Shown: one piece after another, positions 1-9,158 of the stretch
How positions within the stretch are numbered: position 1 is the first letter of the stretch
How the letters are laid out: every line of letters starts with the position of its first letter
NCBI RefSeq assembly: GCF_965216145.1
Contig: NZ_OZ244149.1
Location: 3,404,797-3,468,796, forward strand
Source of the DNA: Candidatus Palauibacter sp.
GTDB lineage: Bacteria; Gemmatimonadota; Gemmatimonadetes; Palauibacterales; Palauibacteraceae
Direction of reading: 5' to 3'
Length of the DNA: 64,000 bases
Made by a program: the position numbers and the translations under genes
The notes under the pieces: model-generated
Database searches by the model: none
What the model saw: only the letters and a program-made list of their open reading frames with translations
Told to the model about the DNA's origin: nothing

Positions 1-78
1 CTACACTGCGTACAAGGTCGTTCGAAACGCGGGCACTGTCGTCAATCTGATGTTCACTAGGCTCGTCGCTCGCGGAGA

Positions 79-645
79 TTGGCCATGAGGCACGTCATGA
101 TGGACCCCATATGTGTCAATCGTCTGGGCGAAGTAGGGAGGGGCTGGTTCCCCGAACCGCCACTCGTTTTCGACGCGGCTGGCACGGCCTTCGTCATCGA
201 CTCGGACCGCGACGAGCCCGTGTGCAGTCGTGAGTACGGTCCGACCCTGGCCTATTTCGTGGAGAGCCAGACACCAGACCCCCGAGGGCTTTGGTTCGCA
301 CACACACCGCGCAGCCGCGTGGCTGACCAATGGCAGATACTTGAGCTCCGGGATCCTGAGGATGCAATCCCTTCCGTTGAGCATGTCGCCCCTTCTTCAG
401 AGGATGTCGCGGGGAGGGTGAAGGACATCGTCCGAGGGCTGGACATGGACGCTGAGTTCTCGCAACTGCGTACCCACACGGTTCCCGAGGATGGCCGCTC
501 CATCACGTTCACCGTGATGAAGATCATCCTCCCCGAAACCTCGTACGGCAAAGAAGCCATTGCTCGGGTCTACGAAGCTCTCGGGGAGGGGTTGACCGAA
601 GCCGAGGGCGAAGCCTTGTCTACGTGGGTGATCCCCGGAGAATGA
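79..645 (+). CDS. hypothetical protein (188 aa), upstream partner of a HEPN-like gene
   Basis: ATG-to-stop ORF with no recognisable motif. Its TGA stop overlaps the ATG of the next ORF (aATGa at 642-645). It lies in a visibly lower-GC stretch. Confidence 0.35.
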   Translation: MAMRHVMMDPICVNRLGEVGRGWFPEPPLVFDAAGTAFVIDSDRDEPVCSREYGPTLAYFVESQTPDPRGLWFAHTPRSRVADQWQILELRDPEDAIPSVEHVAPSSEDVAGRVKDIVRGLDMDAEFSQLRTHTVPEDGRSITFTVMKIILPETSYGKEAIARVYEALGEGLTEAEGEALSTWVIPGE

Positions 646-1034
646 GCCCCACCTTCTGCCCAGAAGACTTCTTCGAGACGGCCAAGGAACTCAAGGACAA
701 GCGCTTCCCGACCGAGGCGGATCTAAGGACGGCCGTCGGGCGTGCCTACTACGCGGCTTACGGAGCCGCCAAGGCTCGGTATCTGGCCGCTCAGGCGCCA
801 GGAAACCGGGAGATACGCCACGGGGAGGTCGGGAGCATCATCATGGGCGTAGTCCCCGGCCCTGTCATAGCGAAGACCTGGGACGCGCTGATGAGGATGA
901 GAAAAACCAGCGATTACGTGTACGACCAACCAGTCACGAAGCAGGACGCACGGTCTGCCCTGGACCATTCTGACATTCTGCTTACCGCCATACGCCAAGC
1001 GGACGACGCTTCCTTCAAGAAGATATCCATCTGA
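642..1034 (+). CDS. HEPN-domain-like protein (~130 aa)
   Basis: Alpha-helical protein (RAYYAAYGAAKARY) with a C-terminal R-x4-H motif (RSALDH) typical of HEPN. GGAG lies just upstream and the ATG sits in an ATGA overlap with the upstream ORF. Confidence 0.45.
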   Translation: MSPTFCPEDFFETAKELKDKRFPTEADLRTAVGRAYYAAYGAAKARYLAAQAPGNREIRHGEVGSIIMGVVPGPVIAKTWDALMRMRKTSDYVYDQPVTKQDARSALDHSDILLTAIRQADDASFKKISI

Positions 1035-1314
1035 TCCGCGCGGTCCAGAAGTTCCGGTCATGTGGTGGCGATAGCTATATAAGATATAGTCCCGAATCTT
1101 CGGGCGATTCGGCGGCATATGCGCCCATCTGGAGCGCCGAATCCGGCGCAAGTCCAAACCTCCCCGGTGTACCTTCCCGCGTGTACATGAGGCGGAATAT
1201 AGGCGGGCCGATCGGGGCCGCAATCTGGCCTCCAGAAATCGGGGGTCTCGTCCGTGGCCGTGGGGCCTCCCGATCTTCCTCCGACGTGTACCGTAGGGAT
1301 TCGCGGTTCCCGGC

Positions 1315-1734
1315 CTATCCGCCGGGCTCCTCCATCAGAGACGGGCAATAAAGGGCCGTCGCCTCTGATCTCCGCGTCCCGTCGGCCGCTCCGAAAATCA
1401 ATGCGTTGGCGATACGCTCGCCAGAGGAAGGCTCCTCCATTCCTTGAAGCCGAAGGGCGTTCGCGCCCAACTTTCCAGCTTCCTCCCTCAACTTGCTCAA
1501 CATCCCCGATTCGTTCGTCCAATTTCCGCTTCCAGACCCGTGAAGGATGGCAACGCGCCCGCAATCCTCCGGCATTTCGTCATCGGCGAAGAAGACGTGA
1601 ACGGCCTCCGGGTAGATCACCCGGCCAGCGCGAGGGGCGCCCGGCAACATGGTTGTCTGCACCCTGACGCATCCGGCCACGAGTAGCACCGCGATGCCAA
1701 GCGTGATGAGATTTGGTCCACGTCGTGTCTCCAT
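1315..1734 (-). CDS. putative lipoprotein (139 aa)
   Basis: N-terminal signal peptide with lipobox LVAG-C (METRRGPNLITLGIAVLLVAGC). Confidence 0.4.
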   Translation of the reverse strand: METRRGPNLITLGIAVLLVAGCVRVQTTMLPGAPRAGRVIYPEAVHVFFADDEMPEDCGRVAILHGSGSGNWTNESGMLSKLREEAGKLGANALRLQGMEEPSSGERIANALIFGAADGTRRSEATALYCPSLMEEPGG

Positions 1735-2196
1735 CGCTGGCCCCTTTTGGAAGTAAGGTCGAAACCTGACCCGACAGTATGCGAATCGAGGTACACGGCT
1801 GGCAACGGGCGCGAGGCTCGCCGGAGGCGCGTAGCTTCCATCCCTTCGGTTCGGCTTCCTGCGGCTTGGCTTAGCGCGGAGGTCGAGGTCCGGGAGACGG
1901 GCGTCCGCTTGTTCTCCATCGGCTCCGATCCGAAGCGGGCGCAGGGTTTGAGGCCGTCTCTGTGGATCGGTGACGAGATCGCGAGTTGGGCACGTTCGAC
2001 GGCCGAAAATGGCGCATAAGATATATTATGTAAACTTACCGCGAAAAAGTAACCTGTCCCGGATACATTGCCCCGTCGCACGACGCTACCGAAATCGGGA
2101 CGTGAACTGAGCAGACGCGGCGAAGACCCCGACGGGATCCGCCGGGCGATCTCGCAGATTCGCGCGCCGCGGGAGCCGGACGGCCCTGGCTAAGGG

Positions 2197-4464
2197 CTAG
2201 AAGGTGAAGGTGTGGGAGTACTTCACCATGAGCGCCCGCCCCGCCGAGAACGGGAGGCGCGGGTCGATGCCTCCGTTCGTGCGGTCCATGTGGTAGCCCT
2301 CGTTGTAGACCACCCACAGGTCCACGCCCTCGTGGAAGTGGTACCGGAAGCGCGCGTTCACGGTCGTCTGGTCCACGGTCGAGTTGTACTGAGCGAGCGC
2401 GCTGAACGAGAGGTGGGTGTCGAGCGAATAATCCACCCTGATCCGCGCCAGGTGGGTCGTCAGGGGGCTCTGGCCCGGGAATTCGAAGCGATTGATGTCG
2501 TAGCTGGGCCGGAGCTCGAGATGACTCGAGAGGTTGACGGCCGGGCTCAGCTGCAGGCTCGCGCGGCGCCCGTCGTAGAAACTCCCGACAGATCCGCCGA
2601 GCTCCCCTCGCAAGAGGCCTCCCCGCGAGAGACGCCACGACAGGTCCGCTTCGTGGAACCAGTATTCCCCGGGGTTGATCTGGAGGCTCGCGACCCGGAA
2701 CGGCTCGCGGATGCTTTCGAAGCTCGAACGAGAGGTGAGGGTCATGAAGGCGCCCGACTTCATGGCGAGGAGCAGCATCGGAGCGATGGTGCGCGACTCC
2801 GGCGTGATATCCGAGTTCCGGTAGTAGTGGTCCGTGCTGCCCCCGATCATCACCGTGCGCATCTTCGAGTCCGCGCCGAGGAACCAGGAGTACTCGGCCG
2901 ACCCGCCGAAGAGGGTGAAGTCATCCCGGAGCTGGAAGCCGAGACGCGGCAGGTAGTCCACTCCCACCCGCCGGTACTGCGCGCTGTAGTTGAACCCTTG
3001 CTGCCTCCGGCGTTCGAACTGGGCGAAGAAGGCCCCCGCGTCGAGCGGGTTCCGCTCCACGACCTCGTCGTCGAAGGTCTGGGCCCACTTCAGCGTCAGG
3101 TACTCGTCCCCGAACAGCCGGATCTCGCCGTCCGCGCCCCAAGCGATGTTGCGCTCGCCGTTCGCGTCCACCCGGGTGGTCAGGATCCCGCCGACCGATG
3201 AGTTGTCGTTGAACACCTTCTGCTTGAGCCGGAGCACCCCCATGTTCTCGCCCGCCCGCCCCGAATTCGGAGCCGTCTGCATGTTGAGGAACCCGAAGTC
3301 GAGCCCCCCGGCCCGCCCCACCACGCGCGCGCCCCCATAGATACGGACCAGATCTCCGCGGTCGAGCCCGATGCGGCGGCTGAAGAACACCCGGTCCGTG
3401 ATCCCGCCGGTGGCGAAATCGAAGGTCGCCGACCGCTCCTGGAAGAACTGCCGCTTCTCCGGGAAAAAGAGCGGGAAACGGGTCAGGTTGATCTGCTGGT
3501 CGTCCGCCTCGACCTGGGCGAAGTCCGTGTTCGCCGTCAGGTCGATGGACAGGTTCGAGGAGGGCGAGTACTTGATGTCGAGGCCCGGTTCCCGCGTGGG
3601 CTCGTCGGTCGTGTCCCAGTACGCGGCCTGTACGGCCGGCGGCTCGAGCAGGGTCGGAATCTGCGTCATCCCGCCGAGCAGGTACGGCGTCACGTAGACC
3701 GGCTTCGTGCGGTCCACCTTCGTGAAGGTGACCCGCTGCGCGAGCGACGGTTTGCCGAAGCCGAAGAAGCCGTATTCGGGCGAGATGTCGGGATAGACGT
3801 GGCGCTCGTTCTTGCGCGAGATGGAGCGGTAGACGATGAGCCCCATCGTCACGTCCCCGCCGGTATTCTGGAACCCCAGCGTCGAGAACGGGATGCGCAT
3901 CTCAGCGGACCACCCTTCGGCCATCGGCTGCGCGAGGCCGTCCCAGTGCGCGTTCCAGTCGCTGTTGAACGGCCTCGTCCCCGCCGTGAACTCGGCGTCG
4001 CTCCACACGGTGCGGTCGGATCTCGCCCCGTTCGGATTCACCACGAACGCGACAGCCGTCTCGTGATCGTTGTAGCTGTCGATCACGATGGAGAACTGGT
4101 CGTCTCCGCTGAACCCGTCGCGGGTGTAACTGTTCGCGCGGATCCCCGAGGGGTCCGAGTCGAACATCCGACCCGAAACGTAGAGATACCGGTCGTCGTA
4201 GGCGATCCGGATTTCCGTCCGCTCCGTCGCTTCCCCGCCGTAGATGGGCGAATACATGACGACGGGCACGGGTTCGATGTCGGCCCAGGCAGGCTCGTCG
4301 ACGAGGCCGTCGAGGTGGATGTGCCCGTGCCCCTCGAGCCGCGTGAGGGGGACGGAGGGCTTGTCGCGCCCCCCGCTCTGCGCGGCCGCCTGCACCGGAA
4401 CCCCGACCGCGAGCGCCGCCCACATGCCGAGCGCCGCCAGGCGCCCGATGTTCAGGCGAGCCAT
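2197..4464 (-). CDS. DUF5916/CBM9-like outer-membrane beta-barrel protein, paralog 1
   Basis: Signal peptide (MARLNIGRLAALGMWAALAVGVPVQAAAQ). Conserved block YSPSSNL-IDLT-NTDFAQVEADDQQ-NLTRF-LFFPEKRQFFQE. C-terminal YSHTFTF has an aromatic terminus as in OMP barrels. The start is taken at an internal Met of the ORF. Confidence 0.65.
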   Translation of the reverse strand: MARLNIGRLAALGMWAALAVGVPVQAAAQSGGRDKPSVPLTRLEGHGHIHLDGLVDEPAWADIEPVPVVMYSPIYGGEATERTEIRIAYDDRYLYVSGRMFDSDPSGIRANSYTRDGFSGDDQFSIVIDSYNDHETAVAFVVNPNGARSDRTVWSDAEFTAGTRPFNSDWNAHWDGLAQPMAEGWSAEMRIPFSTLGFQNTGGDVTMGLIVYRSISRKNERHVYPDISPEYGFFGFGKPSLAQRVTFTKVDRTKPVYVTPYLLGGMTQIPTLLEPPAVQAAYWDTTDEPTREPGLDIKYSPSSNLSIDLTANTDFAQVEADDQQINLTRFPLFFPEKRQFFQERSATFDFATGGITDRVFFSRRIGLDRGDLVRIYGGARVVGRAGGLDFGFLNMQTAPNSGRAGENMGVLRLKQKVFNDNSSVGGILTTRVDANGERNIAWGADGEIRLFGDEYLTLKWAQTFDDEVVERNPLDAGAFFAQFERRRQQGFNYSAQYRRVGVDYLPRLGFQLRDDFTLFGGSAEYSWFLGADSKMRTVMIGGSTDHYYRNSDITPESRTIAPMLLLAMKSGAFMTLTSRSSFESIREPFRVASLQINPGEYWFHEADLSWRLSRGGLLRGELGGSVGSFYDGRRASLQLSPAVNLSSHLELRPSYDINRFEFPGQSPLTTHLARIRVDYSLDTHLSFSALAQYNSTVDQTTVNARFRYHFHEGVDLWVVYNEGYHMDRTNGGIDPRLPFSAGRALMVKYSHTFTF

Positions 4465-4477
4465 CTTCGCCCCTGTC

Positions 4478-6778
4478 TCACCAAATGAAGGTGTGCGAGT
4501 ACTTGACCATGATGTTCCGTCCCGCCGACCACGGGAGTCTCGGCCCAAACCGCTGATCGCGTTCGAAGTTCAACCCTTCATTGTACACGATCCACAGATC
4601 CGTGCCTTCCCGAAAGTGGTACCGGAAGCGCGCGTTGATGCTCGTGCGCTCGTCGATGTTGTTGTACTGCGCGAAAGTGCTGAGCGAGAGGTGCGTGTTG
4701 AAGGCGAAATTCAGCCGTAGGCGACCGAGTTGCGTCGTCGTCTCTTCGCCCCGGTCGGGGAACTCGATCCGATTGACCTCGTAGCCGCCGACCACTTCCA
4801 GGTAGCGGGAAACGGTCCACGTGGGGTTGAAGATCAGCCCCACGCGCCGCCCGTCGTAGAAGCTCCCCACCGTCGTCCTGATATCGCCCCGGAAGATCGT
4901 GCTGCGCGGCAGCATCCAGTCGATGCCGACCTCGTGGAACCAGTATTGGCCCGGCTGGATGGACACCGTACCGACCGGAAACGGTGTCCGGATGTCCTCG
5001 AACTGTGTGTTCGAGTAGGCCGTGATGTTCGCGGTCGACTTGAAATCGAACGACACCGAGGGACGAATGGAGCGGGATTCGATCGTGAGGTCGGCGTTGC
5101 GGTGGTAGTTCTCGCCCATCGCCAACAGGGTGACACTGTTGAGCGAAGCGCTGGGGCCCTGGAGCCAGGTATGGGCGAACTGGCCGCCGTACAGCGTGAA
5201 GTCGTTCCGCAGCTGGAAACCGAGGCGCGGCAGGTAGTCCGGACCCACGCGTCGGTAGTAGAGATTGTACCAGATGCCGCGATCCGTCCGTCGCTCCCAC
5301 CGGGCGCGGATGAGACTCGCGTCGAGCGTGTTGCGCTCCCTGACCTCCTCGTCGAGGCTCTGCGCCCACGTCAACGTCAGGTACTCGTTGCCGAACGGAC
5401 GCAGTTGAGAATCCAGCCCGTAGACGACGTTGTCCTGGCCGTTCGAGCCGTAACGGGTCGCGACGATCCCTCCGACGAACGAATACGGATTGAACACCTG
5501 CTGCTTGAGCCGCAACACACCCATGTTTTCGCCCGATCGCCCCGCGGTCGGAGCGGTCTGCATGTTGAGGAATCCGAAGTCCAGGCCCCCGAGCCGGCCG
5601 ACCAGCCTCGCGCCCCCGTATATCCGGACGAGTTCTCCCCGCTCGAGCCCGATGCGCCGACTGAAGAAAACACGGTCGGTGAAGCCCCCGGTCCCGAAGT
5701 CGAAGGTCGAGGTGCGTTCCTGGAAGAACTGGCGCTTCTCGGGAAAGAAGAGCGAGAACCGGGTGAGGTTGACCTGTTGGTCGTCCGCCTCCACCTGGGC
5801 GAAGTCGGTGTTGACGGTGAGATCGATGGCCAGATTCGACGACGGAGAATACTTGAGGTCCAGGCCGGGCTCGGCCGTGTGATCCTGCTCCGTCCCCCAG
5901 AACGAGGCGGCGGCGGACGGCTCCCGCAGGACCGGTGTTCGGCTGAGGCCCCCGAGCACGTACGGGGTCACGTATGCGGGTGTCTTGGGCTGGACCCCGC
6001 GCAGCGTCATCCGCTGGCCCTGTGACGGCTTGAGGAACCCTCCCTGGCCCCATTCGCGTCCGATCGTCGGATAGACGTGGCGCTCGTTCTTTCGGCCGAT
6101 GAAGCGGTAGATGATGATCCCCATCGTCACTTCGTCACCCTCCGCCTGGAATCCCAGGGTGGAGAACGGGATCCGGTATTCCGCGAACCACCCCTCTTCG
6201 TTTCGCGAGGTGAGGACGTGCCAATGGGCGTTCCAGTCGGCGTTGAACGGCATCACGTCTCCCGTGAACACGCCATCGTTGGAGAGCGAGCGATCCTGGC
6301 GGACGCCGGCAGGTGTGGTACCGAACCACAGTCCGGTCTCGTAATCGTTGTAGCTGTCGATCACGACCGAGAGGAGATCATCGCCGCTGAACGCATCACG
6401 GTAGAAAGTGTTCGAGCGGATGCCTTCAGGGTCCGAGTCGTACATCCGCCCGGACAGGTAGAGGTACTCGTCATCATGCGCGATCCGGACCTCGGTCCGC
6501 TCCGTCATCTCGCCCCCGTGGGTCGGGGCCCACATGAACATCGGCAGTGGCTCGATCGCGTCCCAGGCCGCCTCGTTCACGACCCCGTCGACGTCGATCT
6601 CTCCCGTAATCCGGGGGATCGGCACCGGCACACTCGACCGGAGCGACGTCACGTCCAATTCGTCCGGGTCCCCGGTCTGCGCGGCGAGCCCGGGGGTCAG
6701 GAGCAGACATGCCGGCACGATCCACGCGAGCGGAGCCGGGCTTCGCTGAAGTCGACGGCGGGTGGGGGCCAACGGCAT
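4478..6778 (-). CDS. DUF5916/CBM9-like outer-membrane beta-barrel protein, paralog 2
   Basis: Same architecture and motifs as paralog 1 and ends in YSHTFIW. Signal peptide MPLAPTRRRLQRSPAPLAWIVPACLLLTPGLAAQ. It lies 13 nt downstream of paralog 3 in the same orientation. Confidence 0.65.
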   Translation of the reverse strand: MPLAPTRRRLQRSPAPLAWIVPACLLLTPGLAAQTGDPDELDVTSLRSSVPVPIPRITGEIDVDGVVNEAAWDAIEPLPMFMWAPTHGGEMTERTEVRIAHDDEYLYLSGRMYDSDPEGIRSNTFYRDAFSGDDLLSVVIDSYNDYETGLWFGTTPAGVRQDRSLSNDGVFTGDVMPFNADWNAHWHVLTSRNEEGWFAEYRIPFSTLGFQAEGDEVTMGIIIYRFIGRKNERHVYPTIGREWGQGGFLKPSQGQRMTLRGVQPKTPAYVTPYVLGGLSRTPVLREPSAAASFWGTEQDHTAEPGLDLKYSPSSNLAIDLTVNTDFAQVEADDQQVNLTRFSLFFPEKRQFFQERTSTFDFGTGGFTDRVFFSRRIGLERGELVRIYGGARLVGRLGGLDFGFLNMQTAPTAGRSGENMGVLRLKQQVFNPYSFVGGIVATRYGSNGQDNVVYGLDSQLRPFGNEYLTLTWAQSLDEEVRERNTLDASLIRARWERRTDRGIWYNLYYRRVGPDYLPRLGFQLRNDFTLYGGQFAHTWLQGPSASLNSVTLLAMGENYHRNADLTIESRSIRPSVSFDFKSTANITAYSNTQFEDIRTPFPVGTVSIQPGQYWFHEVGIDWMLPRSTIFRGDIRTTVGSFYDGRRVGLIFNPTWTVSRYLEVVGGYEVNRIEFPDRGEETTTQLGRLRLNFAFNTHLSLSTFAQYNNIDERTSINARFRYHFREGTDLWIVYNEGLNFERDQRFGPRLPWSAGRNIMVKYSHTFIW

Positions 6779-6885
6779 GTATCCGGGGTCGGGAGTGCTT
6801 CCAGGAGGTTCTTCGTCTACCGCCAAAACACTCCGGCGAGGCTGAGGGTTCAATCCCCGTGCGTTGGCGGGTCCGGTGTTGCGGT

Positions 6886-9147
6886 CTACCAGCTGAAGGT
6901 GTGCGAGTACTTGATCAGAAGGGTCCGCCCGGCCGACCGCGGCAGCCTGGGGTCGAATCCCCGATCTCGTTCAAGGTTCAGCCCTTCGTTGTACACGATC
7001 CAGAGATCCGTGCCTTCCCTGAAGTGGTAGCGGAAGCGCGCGTTGATGCTGGTGCGCTCGTCGAGGTTGTTGTACTGCGCGAAGGTGCTGAGCGACATGT
7101 GCTGGTTCATGGCGAAGGACAGCTTGAGGCGGCCGAGGTGGGTCGTCGTCGCCTCGCCGCGGCTCGGAAACTCGATCCGGTTCACCTCGTAGCCGCCACC
7201 GACCTCGAAGTACCGTGACAGGCTCCAGATCGGGTTGAAGATGAGCCCCGCGCGCCGTCCGTCGTAGAAACTCCCTACCGTCGTCTTGATGTCCCCGCGG
7301 AAGACCGCGGTGCGCGGCAGCATCCAGTCGATGCCGGCTTCCTGGAACCGGTATTCACCCCGCGGGATCGACACATCCGCGACGTGAAACGGGATCCGTA
7401 TGTCCTCGAACTGCGTGTTCGAGTAAACCGTAATGTTCGAGCCCGACTTGAAAGCGAACTCTACCTCGGGGCGGATCGAGCGGGACTCGGGCGTGAGATC
7501 GGCGTTCCGGTAGTAGCTCTCGCCCATCACCGAGAGGGTGATGTTGTTGAGCGATGCGCTCGGGCCCTGGAGCCACGTATGGGCGAGCTGCCCACCGAAG
7601 AGCGCGAAGTCGCTCCGCAGCTGGAATCCGAGACGCGGAGTGTAGTCCGGCCCCACGCGCCGGTAGAATAGGTTGTACCACAGGCCGCGGTCCGTCCGTC
7701 GCTCCCAGCGGGCGCGAAACAGACCCGCGTCGAGCACGTTCCGCTCGACGACCTGCTCGTCGAAGGTCTGCGCCCACGTGAGCGTGAAGTACTCGTTCCC
7801 GAACGGCCGCACCTGCATATCCACGCCGTACGCGACGTTGTCCTGTCCGTTGTTCCCGAGTCGCGTCGCCACGATCCCGCCCACGAACGAGTACGGGTTG
7901 AACACCTGCTGCTTCAGTCGCAGCGCGCCCGTGTTTTCGCCCGAACGCCCCGCCGCCGGAGCGGTCTGCATGTTCAGGAGGCCGTAGTCCAGCCCGCCGA
8001 CACGGCCGACGACCCTCGCGCCGCCGTAGATCCTGACGAGTTCCCCTCTCTCGAGCCCGATCCTCCGGCTGAAGAACACGCGGTCGGTGAAACCGCCCGT
8101 CCCGAAATCGAAGGTCGAGGCGCGTTCCTGGAAGAACTGCCGTTTCTCCGGAAAGAAGAGGGAGAAACGGGTCAGGTTGACCTGCTGCTCGTCCGCCTCC
8201 ACCTGGGCGAAATCGGTGTTGACCGTCAGGTCGATGGCGAGATTGGAGGACGGCGAATACTTGAGGTCGATCCCGGGTTCGGTCGCCCGGTCGCGCTCCG
8301 TCGCCCAGTACGAGGCCGCGTCGGACGGTTCACGGAGCACCGGGGTCTGGCTGAGGCCTCCAAGCACGTAGGGCGTCACATAGACCGGCGTGTTGGGACG
8401 CACCTCGCGCACCGTCATCCTCTGGGTCTGCGACGGCTTCATGAACGCGAGCCTGCCCCATTCCCGCGCGATGGCCGGGTACACCTGGCGCTCGTTCTTG
8501 CGGCTGATGTAGCGATAGATGGTGATGCCCATCGTCACTTCATCGCCCTGCGCCTGGAACCCCAGGGTCGAGAACGGGATGCGGAACTCCGCGAACCAGC
8601 CTTCTCCGTTCCGGGTCGTGCGCACGTCCCAGTGCGCGTTCCAGTCCTGGTTGAACGGCGGGAGGTCACCCGAGAACTCGGCGTCGTTGGAGATCGAGCG
8701 GTCGTGGCGGACGCCCGCGGGGGTGGTGGCGAACCAGAGCGCGGTCTCGTAGTCGTTGTAACTGTCGACCACGAACGAGAGCAGGTCATCTCCGCTGTAA
8801 ATATCACGGTAGAAGGTGTTTACGCGGATCCCGTCCGGGTTCGAGTCGTACATCCGCCCCGAGGCGTAGAGGTATTGGTCGTCGTGCGCGAGGCGGATCT
8901 CGGTCCGCTCGGTCAGCTCGCCCCCGTGGGTCGGGGACATGATGAACAGGGGGAGCGGATCGATCGTGTCCCAGACGGGTTCGTCCACGATCCCGTCCAC
9001 TTCGATCTCCTCGGCGATCCGGGGGATCGGCACCGGGACGCTGGAGCGGAGCGACGTTACGTCCACCTCCCCCGCCCCGCCGGCCTGGGCCGCCAGCCCC
9101 GGCGCCGCGAGCGCCGTCCACAGCGCCACCCACGCGGGGGCGGACAT
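6886..9147 (-). CDS. DUF5916/CBM9-like outer-membrane beta-barrel protein, paralog 3
   Basis: Same architecture and ends in YSHTFSW. Signal peptide MSAPAWVALWTALAAPGLAAQA. Very similar to paralog 2 (for example, LRSSVPVPIPRI is shared). Confidence 0.65.
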   Translation of the reverse strand: MSAPAWVALWTALAAPGLAAQAGGAGEVDVTSLRSSVPVPIPRIAEEIEVDGIVDEPVWDTIDPLPLFIMSPTHGGELTERTEIRLAHDDQYLYASGRMYDSNPDGIRVNTFYRDIYSGDDLLSFVVDSYNDYETALWFATTPAGVRHDRSISNDAEFSGDLPPFNQDWNAHWDVRTTRNGEGWFAEFRIPFSTLGFQAQGDEVTMGITIYRYISRKNERQVYPAIAREWGRLAFMKPSQTQRMTVREVRPNTPVYVTPYVLGGLSQTPVLREPSDAASYWATERDRATEPGIDLKYSPSSNLAIDLTVNTDFAQVEADEQQVNLTRFSLFFPEKRQFFQERASTFDFGTGGFTDRVFFSRRIGLERGELVRIYGGARVVGRVGGLDYGLLNMQTAPAAGRSGENTGALRLKQQVFNPYSFVGGIVATRLGNNGQDNVAYGVDMQVRPFGNEYFTLTWAQTFDEQVVERNVLDAGLFRARWERRTDRGLWYNLFYRRVGPDYTPRLGFQLRSDFALFGGQLAHTWLQGPSASLNNITLSVMGESYYRNADLTPESRSIRPEVEFAFKSGSNITVYSNTQFEDIRIPFHVADVSIPRGEYRFQEAGIDWMLPRTAVFRGDIKTTVGSFYDGRRAGLIFNPIWSLSRYFEVGGGYEVNRIEFPSRGEATTTHLGRLKLSFAMNQHMSLSTFAQYNNLDERTSINARFRYHFREGTDLWIVYNEGLNLERDRGFDPRLPRSAGRTLLIKYSHTFSW

Positions 9148-9158
9148 GCCTCCCGCGT

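Noticed and set aside
1-384. Partial minus-strand ORF at the window edge (127 aa)
   Set aside because: No motif. It overlaps the plus-strand 79..645 ORF that is translationally coupled to the HEPN-like gene. It cannot be resolved from the sequence alone.
4578-6053. Long antisense or alternative-frame ORFs (for example, 4578..6053 -, 4730..6025 +, 2212..3201 +, 3799..4488 +, 6077..7030 +, 8632..9327 +) overlapping the OMP genes
   Set aside because: They are Arg/Pro/Gly/Asp-rich with no motifs. This is typical GC-driven open frames opposite well-supported coding regions.
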